NCBI GenBank assembly: GCA_002633005.1
Contig: NMRA01000464.1
Span: 124,001-188,000, forward strand
Direction of reading: 5' to 3'
Length of the DNA: 64,000 nucleotides
DNA from: Phoronis australis
Taxonomy: Eukaryota; Animalia; Phoronida
Part shown: piece by piece, positions 15,150 through 28,804 of the stretch
Position numbering within the stretch: position 1 is the stretch's first letter
How the letters are laid out: every line of letters begins with the position of its first letter
Notes under the pieces: generated by a model
The model's database searches: none
The model's input: only the letters and a program-made list of their open reading frames with translations
What the model was told of the DNA's origin: nothing
Program-made: the position numbers and the translations under genes

Positions 15150-17430
15150 TAAATGAGTTCTCATGAGACAGAAAAAGAAAATTAGAAGATCTTATTAGAT
15201 ATGAAGAAGTCGCACAGTGCATGAAAAAAAATGAAAGATGAAAAGAGCCCTGGCTCCGATGGTTTTTCAGTGGGATTTCTGAATTTTTTGGGCTGACAAT
15301 GGACATTTCTTTGTTCGCTCACTTAATACTGGTTTTACTGTTGACTAGTTTAATCACCAACACAGAAACAGGGAGTGATTACCTGTATCCCTAAGGGAGC
15401 AGATAAAAGTAAACATTATTGGAAAAACAGGAGACCCATATCCTTACACAATGTGAGATATCAACTGGCTTCTTCAGCTGTAGCTGAATGATTAAAATCC
15501 GTTTTGAGAAACTAATCAGAAAGGACCAGACAAGTTTTGTTTCTGGAAGAAATATGAACAAAAATATAAGCATGCTATATGATTTAATGTTTTATGCCCA
15601 GTCAGCTAACGGACCACGACTGCTCTTACTAATCGATTTTGAGAAAGCGTTTGATTCATTGTCATGGGTAAAAGTGTTTTATAGTGATATTAAGTTGTGT
15701 GTTGTTGTAAATAGTCACCCATCTTCTTGGTTCAACATTTCGCGTGGCTGCAGACAAGGTGACCCAGTCTCCCCACTTTTTTATACTGTGCGCAGAGATT
15801 TTGACGAATTTAATCAAGAATAATAAGAATATTGCAGGTGTAGTTGAAGTTGCAGAAAATAAGGAATATTTAATTTCGCAATATGCGGACGACACATCAA
15901 TTACTTTGGATGGGTCGAATTTGTCACTTACTAGCACATTGAATGTATTATATTAGTATTTGCTGGTGTCTCCAGTCTCCAAGTGAATGTGGATAAAACA
16001 AAAGTAAACCTGTTAGTAATGACGTGATTCCTACGAAAGAAAGTCCGTCTTGGACAAAAAATAGATGACACTCAATTGGATAGTATGACACATAACAACT
16101 TCACAACAAGAGTGACTGAAATTAAGTCTTTATTAAAAAGTTGGAGTCGATGAAATTTTAAACGCCGTTTGGTAGAGCAACTGTCATCAAAACAATACCT
16201 ATTTCGAAACTTAAATTCTTTGTAGCCAAAATTACCAAATCCACCAGTAAAGGTCTAGGATGAATTGGATACGATATTCCTTAGATTTGTACGGCAGGCT
16301 CTTATTGAAAAAATCAAACGAACTACAGCCTTTTTAGGACTAGATCAAGGGGACTTCAAATCGTTAATATAGTTACATACTTTAAGCAAAACTTTAAAAC
16401 TCGCCATGGCTCGTACATATCTTGAAAGCCCCGCATCTAAAAGTGGTCAGTTACTATACTCACACTACCTGTTTTTAAAGAATTTTGCTTCATTTGGAGA
16501 AGACTTTAAAGTCGAAGTTGACTATAATTGAAAATTCCTATTGAGAGTACGACAACTTTCTATGAAAAAATAATATCTGCGAGAAAAGAAGACTTTTTGA
16601 ATCAACCTTTGCGGTTTAATAGTAATTTGGGGATCGGAGGCAGAGTTGGAGGCAGAAGTGTTTTTTTATAAGTCTTGGTTTGTAAAAGGCTTAAGATTTA
16701 TCAAAGACATATATATCTCTGCCGGCGATTTCGTTAGTTTAGACCATGTGATAAATGGATTCAATGTAGAATATAATGGTGTTTTTTCTGTTCTAAGACA
16801 GTGTCAAAAAAGTCTATATCTAAGTAAGTTTGAAAGTTTTAATATGTATTCTCCTTGCATGCCTTTAGCAATTACGCACTTACAAAAGGATGTGAAGGGT
16901 TGTAGACATATTTGTTCTATCTTAAACGACATCAAGAAACCTTCTAAGTCATAGCCTAAATGGGAAATAGAGTTAGGAGACAGTTTAGATTGGAAGAAAT
17001 TAAACACATTGCCTTATGAAATTACAAAGGATCACAACATTAGATGGTTCCAATTTAGAATATTACACAGGATTATTGCAACAAATACTTTTCAGTGGAA
17101 ACCCAAGTTCGGGATTCTAATTAATGTTCCTTTTGTAATAAAGCTCCAGATGCTGTCACACCTTTTTTGGGAATGTCGCCCTGTACAAGATTTTTGGAAA
17201 GAATTCAGAAAACTACTTCAAAAGCGTCTCATTCAGCTTCCCAACTTGTTGGTCTTGAACTTGATGAAATACACGATTTTCTAATTAATTTTGCTATTAC
17301 TAGCCAAACAATACATTTACAAGATGTCACAAAAATATACCTAATATTCCCAAGTTTATTACATATACTTATGAGTAATTGCATATAAAATTTTGTCTAT
17401 GACAGCTTCTCTGGGAAATGGGAAAATTTC
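15150..17430 (+). mobile_element. Decayed, 5'-truncated non-LTR retrotransposon ORF2 (Tx1/L1 clade reverse transcriptase)
   Basis: Ordered RT motifs across frames: KSPGSDGF, DQTSFVSGR, LLLIDFEKAFDSLSW, RGCRQGDPVSP, ISQYADDT, and C-terminal zinc-knuckle region IRWFQFRILHRIIATN...SHLFWEC...FW. Many frameshifts and stops. Confidence 0.92.
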
Positions 17431-17993
17431 ATAGTTCGCATTAACTCCATGTAGCAGTTGTTTTACTTAATACCAGATACCAGAATGGTCTCTTCTGACA
17501 CGCAAGCGTGACAGACGTCTACAACACTACCAAGCCCAAGTGTAAATCCTGGCTATTCAATTTTGCTTTCTTTAGCCAGCTAAACCAGGCAACATGCAAC
17601 TTTAAGGCTGTATTTGTTATTGTCCATAACCGATTAATTCTACCATCACATTAATGTTCAACATTTAACATTCAACGATTAAAATACAACGACCAAGGAA
17701 TAACAAAGCATACAAGACATTCGAGAACCTCTCCCCTTCTACTGTAGAACCAACAAACGCAGCAATAGTGGGAGTTAACCTGGACAAGGCAACAAGGACA
17801 ATATAGCATTGACAGCATACTTACAAAGTGTTAATAGACTAATGTGATACTAACTACTACCACACCCAACTACACATATCCATTATTGATTAAACTGGAT
17901 GATATAACAGATAAAATTCAATAACATGAAGTGGACCACCAATATGAGCTGTGTCAAGCCACACAGTACCTGTGTACCAGTTGATAAACTACA

Positions 17994-18128
17994 CGTTTTT
18001 ATATGGGTTTGTTATTAGCCGGGGTAGATGCATTGTGCGAGTTTTTTTATGAGACCGATAGTCGAGTGATAATACTCACACCACACGGCGCAGCAACTGA
18101 GGCTAATAACACACCCAAATAAGAAACG
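17994..18128. mobile_element. Short MITE-like inverted repeat
   Basis: CGTTTTTATATGGGTTTGTTATTAGCC versus GGCTAATAACACACCCAAATAAGAAACG form an imperfect IR. Confidence 0.55.
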
Positions 18129-20126
18129 CGTAGTTTAACATATTCATACCACAGTACTTAAGATCTAACAACCCACTTCTTTGCCGAGTCTTAATTTTTT
18201 CCTCTTTGACCAATACGCGTAGCAAAACCACACTGAAAAGCCAGGTTTCAAACGTTCCGATGTCACTTGCATTTTTTGTTGGCGTTTTCATTTTTTTTCG
18301 ATTCTATGAATAGTTGGACTTCCACTTCCTCAACTTGGTCCCCATATATCTTGATTATACCAAAAAAACTAAGCTTTGTCAACTAGTAAAGGTATATATA
18401 ATCTGAAAGAGAAAAGACCAGGGAATATAAAAATATGTTTTGTATTTATGTACCATTATTATTATTAGGTTAACACTTTTTTAAGTCAAAATTTCATTTT
18501 GAAGAAAGGCACATTCCAAGCAAAATAACCCATTTTGATTTTAATGAAACCTTTTTAAATGAAAACTTTACCAGTTACTTCAAAAATGCTGTTAGGAATT
18601 TTCGATTAGTCTTTTCAGTTTGTTTCTATGACAAATCAACTCGAAAACGTAAGGTATTTTTGTAAAAAATAGAAGTCGTATTCATCTGTCTTACATTACG
18701 CAAAAACTAGGCCTTTATATCGAAAATCAGCGTTTTTGAGCTTGATGAATAAATATTAAGTTTGTAAAGATACAGCGAAATATACAAAGCCATTTTCGAG
18801 AACTCGTGTTCCTAAGTTTAAATAAAGTCCATTTGCTGAAAGTCGATTAAACTGGGAAAATTTCAAAATCTTCGGTTAATTATTCGGTGAAAACTTGTTT
18901 TCGGTCAATGTAACCTATACATGCCTTAACCATGTTAGCTATTTCAACATTCACTTGCACTGTCAACTGAATTTGCAGTGCGTAATTAACTTAATTATCA
19001 TTAAAACGTACCGTTCCCAGCCACGAGGTGGAATCAGCTGTTACTGTTGTTTGACCCACATTTAAGTAGGTCACAGTTCATTGTTATGCATAAAGCCTGT
19101 ATACATCAAGTGCAGGTAGACTGATACAAAACCAAGTAAGAAATGGATAACAAAATTTGAATCGGTTAAAGCATGTCGTTAGCATGAGATCGAAACAGCG
19201 AAATGTCAATTTACTTATTGAATTAAGGAATTGGGTGAGAATTTATCTCTTGTCACAATTTGTTGTGTTCATGACCACAGAGGCGTGAGGCGACTGGAAA
19301 CATTCGTTCTCAACGATGGTATGCATGTAGACGCTCACCTCCCTCAGGATCAAAACGTTTTTTTAAATCAGTTTTTGGCCACAGTAAGATTAAAAACCAG
19401 ACGATCGCCGTATTTTGTGTGGTGACCGTCCGGTTTAAAAACATTTTGTCGTTGTTTTCCCCGGCACCGTTCTATCATAAGTACACATCGTTAACTCAAG
19501 ATTTTATCGACTTGGTGAATAAAAGGACTGAGGGTATATACAAAGCTGCACTGTACCTGGGGAGAAATTTGATTTGAGTGACATCCCTGTAACCTTTGAC
19601 CTCGGATATGTAGTAAACAAATACCCAAGGTGGTTCTGTTAAATCTTTTTTCTCGCTACACAGTATATATTTTGCATTTGAAGTTCCCCCAGAATGAAGA
19701 TAAGGTATTTTGCTAGACACATGTGAAATATTGTAAAAATGTTCAATTTTTGTGAATAAGGTTTAAGATAACCTTAAGACCTATCTAACCAATGAAACAA
19801 CAGGTAGCATAGCATCATTAAGAAATAAATATTGGCACTAATTTCCGAAAAAAATTTAATAAAAATTCTAATACAGTAAAAAATTTTTGCATTATTTTTG
19901 AGAGGAATCGTTTCATTAATCACTTTTTTAATTTATACATAATTGGTGTTTTTAAAGAGAAATATCTGATAAAATGCCCCACTGATAGTGAACATCTCCG
20001 CAACCTTTCCTTACACTAAAGCGACCGGCATACACTATTCATACACTATTCATACACTATTCCACCCAAGGTTTTCTAGTCCCTTTTCCAGTAAAATTTG
20101 CATTACGGAAAGTTTAACTTCTCACA

Positions 20127-20365
20127 AAGCGACAAAAACAGCAATCGTATGATTTAAGCTTCAAACTTAAAGTTGTTGAATTTGTGAAAATCAACGTCAA
20201 TACTCAGGCGGCAAACATGTTCAATATGGATAGAAAGAGTTAGGGAATGGCGAAAAGTTGAAAATGAGTTGAAATCAACAGCACAAATGGCAAGTGTGAC
20301 ACAAAAGCGTAAAATGGGCAGTGGTCGAAAAGTAAAATTCCCTCATATTGAGGAAGATCTTGCGA
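20127..20365 (+). pseudogene. pogo-family transposase N-terminal (Brinker-type HTH) remnant
   Basis: With one frameshift near 20238 it reads KQQSYDLSFKLKVVEFVKINVNTQAANMFNMDRK/VREWRKVENELK...KRKMGSGRKVKFPHIEEDLA, the typical pogo/POGK SY..FKLKVV...VREWRK...GRK..P..EE.L pattern. Confidence 0.8.
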
Positions 20366-20489
20366 TGGTTAAGCGACCGCTGAGAGCAGGGTGTATGCGT
20401 TATGGGACATTAATATATATCAGCCTTACCAAGATAATTCTCGCATGTTTTAATAGTATATGAGACCAGGAGGTGCTATTAAATTAAAT

Positions 20490-21030
20490 TAGTTTATTTG
20501 ATATATATAATTACAATAATAAATACAATAACAATAACAATAAATACAAGGTGCAAGATAAGAAATATAAAAAATAATTATGCACACTATCTAGATAATA
20601 CCAAAAAGTTAAAGACTTATTTCTGTGGTGGTCCATACACAAATTACAAATTAAAGAAATAAATATTACGAATAAATAATAAATTATAAATAATTACACA
20701 GGAGGAATGAAGATGTGAGATGTGATAGAAACTAGCTGCATGTGAAAAAGACCTGAAAAAGACTGTAGGATGAAGTGACATGATATATGACAAATAAATA
20801 GATAAATAAATAAATAGTACTGTGAGAATGGTGTGGTTTGAATGCTGAACTGATCAATGAGATAATCTGGAGAGTTGTCATGATCAATTTTATGCATAAA
20901 GTTGAGCTTGCGTTGGATAAGTAGACTTTTAATATTTAGCCACCCAAGAGACTGAAAATGATAAACACTAATGCAAGTGCGAGGATGTAAACTGCGTACA
21001 TGTTTAATTAATTTGTGTTGACACACCTGG
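20490..21030 (-). mobile_element. 3' end of an L2/Crack-like LINE
   Basis: Minus-strand peptide CQHKLIKHVRSLHPRTCISVYHFQSLGWLNIKSLLIQRKLNFMHKIDHDNSPDYL resembles the ORF2 C-terminus of L2/Crack LINEs. It is followed by a 3'UTR-like GGACCACCACAGAAATAAGTCTT segment and a TTATTG-type tail. Confidence 0.65.
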
Positions 21031-21094
21031 TGTTCTTTGCTAAATAAAATACGTTGTGTTAATTTCTTTAGTTACATTGCACACCTAGATCATT

Positions 21095-21577
21095 ACATAG
21101 CGTTTACTCCGACAAATGAACACTGATGACACGCACTACCTCAGTCACTCATAACAGACCTTGAACTTCAAAACAAACGTCACGTGACAACAAGATGTTT
21201 TCTGGGGTGTTTGTCCAGAGATTTTTCTTGTGTTGCAGGGTATGATCTTGCACAGGTTTGGATTGAACAGGCTGTTAATCCCGACTCCACAGTAACTTAA
21301 AAATCTTAGGGAAGCTATCTGGAAAACTTAAGTGAGGATTTCAGGTAATTTGTTGAGTTGAACTGTATTTCCTTTCATGCTGCCATATTGACGATCGCGA
21401 GGCAGTGACGCATCGGCGAGTTTTTGCCCTGGGAATTCAGCACAATTTTCCGTGAAATGATCATAATTTAACGACTAAGTTTGATAGCAATGCACCACAA
21501 AATTGTAGAAAGTTTGCCATAGGATACAGAAACGTCACAGAGTGTAAATTTGATGAATCCTAGCTTCCGATTTCACC
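21095..21577. repeat. Dispersed repeat, homologous to 35585-36078
   Basis: Colinear shared blocks, e.g. AAAACAAACGTC.CGTGACAACAA, TTAATCCC.ACTCCAC, GGAAAACTTAAG..GGATTTCAGGTAATTTG and TAGCTTCCGATTTCACC. Confidence 0.8.
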
Positions 21578-23934
21578 TTGAGTGAAGATTTGGTGCAGAG
21601 CTTTGAATATCAAGCCCTCATTCTCTAACTGAGAATGAAATGACAAAGCTTAATCATGTAGCTGTAAGGGTACAGTAACATAAAATGACCTTGACTGATC
21701 AGTAAGGCGACAGGATAACAGGCGTTCAACAGTGAATGACAGTGCCACACTTAACACATGCAAATTAATATGAAATTGCCAAGCAACAAAACCAGCCGTG
21801 GATGAGTAATTTCCTGAATGCAGCCAAGAAACATGTGACGAGATGTCAGATTCCAGCAGAGATCTGACTGGGTGAAACCCCTTGCAGAGCTGGTCATAAG
21901 CCTACGCTCCCCACCAGTGGAACTAATGACTTTTAACTCAACTGGTAAAAGTAATCAATCTAGATAGGAGAGGGAAAGCATCAATGTATACCATTGAAAC
22001 ATAACAGGTTCAGTTACTGCATTCAAATGAGCATCCTGTTCAAACTAACAAATCGAGCAGAATTAGCGAAGTGAAGGCAACAACAATCACTCATGTGATC
22101 AAGGTGGAGCCCAAGGAGAAAACACATTAACAGTTGAAACACCAAGCGACATTGTGAACCAAGTCGACATTCTCAAACGATTTACATAAAAAATTGCAAA
22201 AGCTATTCAAGGTTTATGACCCACAAAAAGGAGAGCATGTATGTAATAAGTCTATTTAACATGACAGTGTCCGATAGTTGAACTGGAAAATCAATCCCAT
22301 TATTGACACCTTGCTTATCAAAGTGTGACATATATTTATTATCAAAATATGACGCAGAATAATTGAAATCAAGCCCAGAAAGCATCATTTAACTGTTTGT
22401 TCATTCGAATACATGACAGAGATAGCATTTTTTGTCCAATCATTGTGAAATTTGCACACAACACGGGCCTCCTCAATGTCTCAAGGTTTATTTACTTTTG
22501 GATGAAATCAAGATGGACTGTGGCAGTTACTACTTGTCGAAATAAATTTCGCCAAGTATGTTGCTTCGCTCCTCCGAGCGCTTTCATTTTATTGTTTTGC
22601 TTAGTTATTCGATTCAAAATTTTCCGATGACTGATCTTCATTAACTGATCCTTCATTGGTTGATGTCATCATCATTAACTGATCCTTCATTGGTTGATGT
22701 CATCATCATTATGAAATTTATCCTAGTGTTGCTCTCCAAGTGCTTTTAGTTTACAGTTGACTGTCCAGCACGTTTTGTTTACACAATTTCTCCAGTAATT
22801 CACAATCTATTGACCTCAGTTTTGCTCACAATAGCCATCATGTTCATTCTTGTAAGCCAACTGACTTGGGTGAAAATCATCCAGCATGAGACAGAGGAAT
22901 TCAGTGGAGATCTAATTTTCGGTAGGGACCAAAGCTGTGAGATTCCAACTGACCTTGTTAACTGACCTCTGCAGATATTAACAAGAAAAGGCCAATGAAG
23001 AGATTTGCCAATTCAAACTGCAGGTCTTTGACAGTGAACATGTTGTTTTTTCAATTTCTCTTATGATCAGCTTAATTGCACATTTCATACACGACTAGCT
23101 CCTTCTGGGCTGCTTTATAACTTTGATTGGCTTCCCCTAAGCATTATTGAGCTCCAGTAGCACAGCTGGTCACACTGTGATTGTGATGCCTGAGGTTAAG
23201 GTATGATAATTTTTTCAATATTAATTCAAAATTCAGTCTGTGTAAGAACTTTATCAACAGACTTTTATATTTAGCCAATATGCAATATTTGAGCTTTCTC
23301 ATGAAAATCACAAAAATCCAATTTTCGATAGCTTGTCATGCAAAAGAGGAACAATTCCTGATGGTGTTTTAGAGAACAGTGTATTAAGCGCAATATTTGA
23401 AAGTTTCGCATGAATCTGATCGACCATTTCTGAGATATGTTGTTCCGAGGTTAGCCAAATCTGGTCCTTCTTCTGTGGTCCTTGAACCCGAATTTTTTAG
23501 AGATTGTAGAGGACAGTTAAATTGTGGTCACTTGTTCGCAAAAAGATTTAATAGGAATAACATGTAATATGAGATTTTCAAATAGATGTATCATATTGAA
23601 AATCACTATCCACCAGAGGGCGATCAGCACCACCTTCAGATCCCATGTAATGCGGGCAGGAGGTTCTAATGGTAGAAACAGCATTTTAACACAATACCTG
23701 CTATCATAATGCTGGAAAACTTCCAGTGTTTCTTGTAGGATGTACTAATGGCTACTGGAAAAGACAAACCTCTTGAAATATCCATGGATGAAGGACATCA
23801 TGATCCACACATTTCCCAGTGCAAAGAAGAATCCGCTGCTACAAAATCAATGGCAGCAACTGATGAAGTGGAAGAATTTAGATCCCAAAAAGCTAATGTA
23901 AATTGGTGAACATAGGGAGATACAGTCATAGACA

Positions 23935-25315
23935 AAAAAACTGCCACTAGGAGGAGCCACAATAGTCTGAGTCGTGAGAAAAACCTCACCAGCCATCCTC
24001 TTCACAAAACGTCAATTTTCAAAATCATCCTTAGAGATAGAGGGGCGGACGCCAAAAACAGACTTGAAAACAATAAAAATGGCCACTAGATTGCACAAAT
24101 ACGTCAAATCCATACGAAACCAAAAACATATCACTGTTTCTTTAATAACAAGCTATTTACCAAATTTCATAAAAATCCGTCAAGGAACTTCAGAGAAACA
24201 TAGGAAGACGGAAAAAATGAAATTGCCACTGTGGGGTACAGTGTTCGTCCGATCCGTTTGAAACTTGTCGTCTGTTGTCAACTTCATATAAATACACTTG
24301 CTAAATTTAATAAAGATCCTGCAGAGGGTTTAGGATATTCAGCCATGGGCGTAAAAAAGAACTACCACTAGGAGGCACCACAGTAGTCGAAGTCATCAGA
24401 AAATCATCGTTAGCAGTCCTCTTCATAGTAGGAACATATATGTTATTCCAATTTTCATAATCATCTTTAGAGTGGTTTGGCTCACTAGAGGGATGGATGC
24501 CAAAAACAAACTCGGAATCAGTAAAAATAGCCACTAGGTGGCGCAAAATACGTCGAATCCACATGAAAACAGGAGGATAGCATCACCTCAATAATAGATG
24601 TCAACCTGCCAAATTTTATGAAAATCTGTTGAGGACCTTCGAAGATAGAGGTAATCGTAAAGAAATAAAATTGCCACTAGGGGAAATGCCGGTAGTCCTA
24701 TCCATCTGAAAGTTGTCGTCGTCCATTGTCAACTCCATATAAATACACAAACATAAAGATCCTGCAGAGCGTCTAGAATAGAAAATACAGCCATGGATGC
24801 AAAAACAATCAAAACTGTCACTAGGATGTGCCACAGCACTCGAAGTCATTAGGAAATCATCGTCAGCTGCTCTCTTCACAATTTGAATATATATGCCAAT
24901 TTTCATAATTATCCTAAGAGTGGTTTGGTTGATAGAGGGGCGTATGCTAAAAAACAAACTCGAAAACAGAAAAAATGGCCACTAGGAGACGCAAAATACA
25001 TCAAATCCATCTGAACAGGGAGGATAACATCTTCTCACTAATAGGTTCCTATCTCTGAAATTTTATGAAAATCTGTGTTGATCTCCGAAGATAAAGAGGT
25101 GAACGTAAAAAACTAATAATGCCACTCGGGGGCACACTGATGGTGGGATATGTCCGAAATTCGTCGCCATCCGCCATCATCTTCATAGGAACACATCTGC
25201 CAAATCTCATCAAGATCCTGTGACGGGTTTAGGAGATACAGCTGCAGACGCTGTATACCTGAAGCCCAGACAGAGATGACGGCAATACGCACCCACATAT
25301 GTGGGCACATAAAAA
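23935..25315 (+). mobile_element. Tandem-repeat-carrying non-autonomous element (Helentron/HINE-like), copy 1
   Basis: Nine ~140-165 bp monomers, each with a CCACTAG-type motif (23944, 24083, 24226, 24365, 24531, 24674, 24818, 24979, 25122), arranged as ~448-bp trimers. Ends with GCAGACGCTGTAT...GATGACGGCA, the palindrome CCCACATATGTGGG (25292-25305) and an A-run. The family assignment is inference. Confidence 0.7.
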
Positions 25316-25937
25316 TCCCATACATAACTCAAAATCCCTCAACTTTGTTTTTCTACATCAGAAACATATGGAGTCATGTGACTAACCCCTATACTGCCAA
25401 CCAAATCCAACACTATGGAGTGAATAAGAGTCCACTAAGTGAAACATTTATAAAGGAGAACTTTGTTGTAAAATAGAAAATGAATTTGTGAACATGGTTG
25501 CGCTACAAGTACGGTAAAATATCAACAATTTGGGACCAAAATAATAATCAGCAAAATTATTCACCTCTTCCAAGATGAGATACAGAATAGCATCGATAGA
25601 GCGTCAAATTGAACAGGAAGACTTTCTCAAAAGCTTTCAAAACCAAAATGGCGTGGACAGCAGCAGGAAGCGATTTAATCCAGCTGTCACGTTATTTGAT
25701 TATTCTCAAATTCTTCACAATAAAAAAGTTAATGGAAAGCTCACAGCAAGTTTTGTACAGAATAATTATGTCTACATATAATAATGATATTCTGCAATTT
25801 TTGCAGTAGATGTTACATACCATAGAATATATACACAAAACGTCCCGAGAGTGTAGATGTAGTAATACAAGACACTACACAAGGAATAATGTCGAGTGGG
25901 ATATTACTTCATCTACGCCAATCGAGGTACGTTTTGT

Positions 25938-26542
25938 ATTTATCCCATACGCATTGAATTCTTAAGTTTCTTTAATTTTATTAGCAGATTTTTTTAAATA
26001 CTTCGCCAGACTTCATGTGGCGGATCACATCCTATATGTATGTACTTGCGCGTTAGGTTGCAAGTTTTCTCTAGTAAAAGAAACAGTTTTAAACGTGACG
26101 ATCTATTACTAGAAGAGATAACAAAGATGAAAACAATTATTGTGCATTGAACTTGTAACATTTCCTGAAAATAGTTAAATAACAACATCTGATACTGAAG
26201 TAACCGAGGAATCAGCACCCGAGTTGCAGACGATATAAATAATATTTAGCAATTGAAAACTGAGACAGAAGTATCATATAATTAACAGTATTGTTCCAGA
26301 TGTTACATTTGGGACCTGATTGCATGTTGAGCATTATTTTTAATGTTGCAATTGTATTAATTTAAACTATTTTGGGAAAGTCTGCTGATCGAACCAGCTA
26401 ACGACCTTGAGTCCGCATTGACCTACCTTTTGAACATTCCATGTCCGAGGGCACTGTTGAAGTAAGTGCAGGAGGTGAATACGGAAAACAATATCACATG
26501 GCCGTATTGCACTCAACTTATTCAATGCGTATTGGGATAAAT
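25938..26542. mobile_element. Old TIR element
   Basis: ATTTATCCCATACGCATTGAAT and ATTCAATGCGTATTGGGATAAAT are inverted repeats with a 1-nt indel. Confidence 0.55.
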
Positions 26543-28514
26543 TCTGCTCTTCTATGAAATTGTTGTATAGAAGATATTTTGAAGAGAATCAATAAAAACT
26601 GAGTCTGAAGACTAAAATTTCAGCTTAAGTGGATTAGACAATTTGATCATCACAATTATATGCAACATGATATTGAGCAAAATTTCAACTGAGAACACAA
26701 CAAAAATTTGAAAACAGTGCCCCCAATGGCGATTTTAGGTACTACTCTCTGATCTGGATTTCCTGGTTTCGACCTAGTTTTTCAGACTTACTCATATCTT
26801 TCAGCCACAAAATTACAAAAATATCCTTTTCTGTTGTCATTGTTAAAGGGACTATTTTAAATTAGCGAGCATTAACTGTATAATTGTCAGGTTAGTATGT
26901 CTTGGACATGGTGCATTATGTAGCTAAAAACTTTTAACATTTACGTATGACTAGGCAGAGCTCAAAACCAATATTGTCCGATTGACGTGACACTTTTCCA
27001 CGACGAGACTGTTGGCTAACCACTTAATTCACACTAGGATATTAAAAACGCCTGAACAGTAAGGGTTTTCTATATACAAATGCATGCAACTTGAGCATTA
27101 TCGACATTCACCATTTGTCAATGAACAAGTTCATATCAAACCAAAACAACCACTTTGAAGAATGTGCACCTGCTGCTCGTCTTAAAATTAAGTTGAATCA
27201 TATTTTTTGTATTTTTACTTCTGGAATCAAAGATCATTATTATGCAACAATTCAGCATTTACAAACATGTTGTTTGTTTACCAAAACCACATATAACAAC
27301 AGGAAGCCACACAACAGGTCACATGACCACAAATGTGCTCAGCTGGTCACATAATAGCAAGATCAGCCATAAACATGGGTCTCAAGTGAACAGTTGTGAC
27401 TGGTGATACCATTGCTTGTTTTTGTTTTTCTACTTTGACTTAAGTGCACCAGACCACTGCTCAAGAACATCTAAAAACAATTTTTATTTTCCACAGATGT
27501 TTGGTTACAGTCTGTCTACTACAAAGTCAAACATATGTTATAGCACCCACTTAATGAGTGTAAAATGGCTTACTCATCACATGGGTGTGGAGCTGTGTGG
27601 AGCTTGACATTCACATAATTAAACCCACTCCATGACTTCTCTCAACAACTAGGTATTCATGTAACTATGTTACCCCATCCCACACAATCACAGTCCAACC
27701 ATGAAAACCAAATACACCATCACCATGCATAAAAATTATAGAAGTAATTCAAGTAATTGTTCAAGATTCATTTCACCCCATAGGGGCTCTTGTAGAAATG
27801 TCCCTTGCCGTGAAATTATTTTGAACGCAAAAGGAATCCAAGGTGTTTTCGTGTCGTCCAATCCATAATAGGAGTCTACAAAATTTCATGAACTTCTATC
27901 TCAAGGTTTTTGAGATACAGCAGTAGACGCATAAAAAACTTAGTTTGTGAAAGAGCATGCCACTATAGCAACAGCGGTGAAGATTCTGGTTAATAGAATT
28001 TTGAAATGCATTGCACCTATGCCTGAGTCAACTTCAAAATGGCAAGAAGCAGTTCAGTGCATTGGTGTCACATGACCCCATGACCCCAACAGTTCAGGCA
28101 AGTATTCACACAGCAAGGGTTCAGTAAGAAACAGCTAGATAAACAATGTATCTAGGCGTCATCACCAATACATAATAAAAAAACAGACAAGGCTCTTTAC
28201 AAAAAAGCACATTTCTGACTGAGCATAGCATTGTTTTGTAAAAACCGGGTGCCAGCATCAATAGTTTAATAGGTGTATTATAACCAGTTGTATGAAAATG
28301 CATGCTAGTTAATAGTATAGAGGTCAGATTTCCATTATTTAACTGTCACATCATGCAACACTAGAAAACTTGCTTTGATGCAACCCTGGAGTCCATTGTA
28401 AAAAGTTAACATCAAAGATGATTGGTCTTCACACTGTTCATGAGCATGCAGTTTTGAAAAAAATGTCTTAAGAAAAATGAGAACAATTGTTTATAAAATA
28501 ATGTATTTACTTAC

Positions 28515-28804
28515 ATACAATGTCTAATACATCAATTGTAAATAAGTTTATTGTCAAGGAAAACGAAAACCCCAAAAGGGACACAACTAATCGAGATAAA
28601 ATGAAAACAGTCTCACACCAGTAGCAGCATTAAATGCACAAATGATCAAACTGTCCCCCCAAAGATTGAGCTCAACAGAGCCCATTCAGTGATGCCCTAG
28701 CAATCACTTCAACCATGGCATACCACTTGATTAGTTGAGGGTTTTTGTGTGTTCTGTTTTCCTTGACGATGGACTGATTTACTATAAAACATCAGACATT
28801 GTAT
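28515..28804. repeat. Decayed inverted repeat, ~80-bp arms
   Basis: ATACAATGTCT...GTCAAGGAAAAC...CAACTAATC versus GATTAGTTG...GTTTTCCTTGAC...AGACATTGTAT. Confidence 0.7.
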
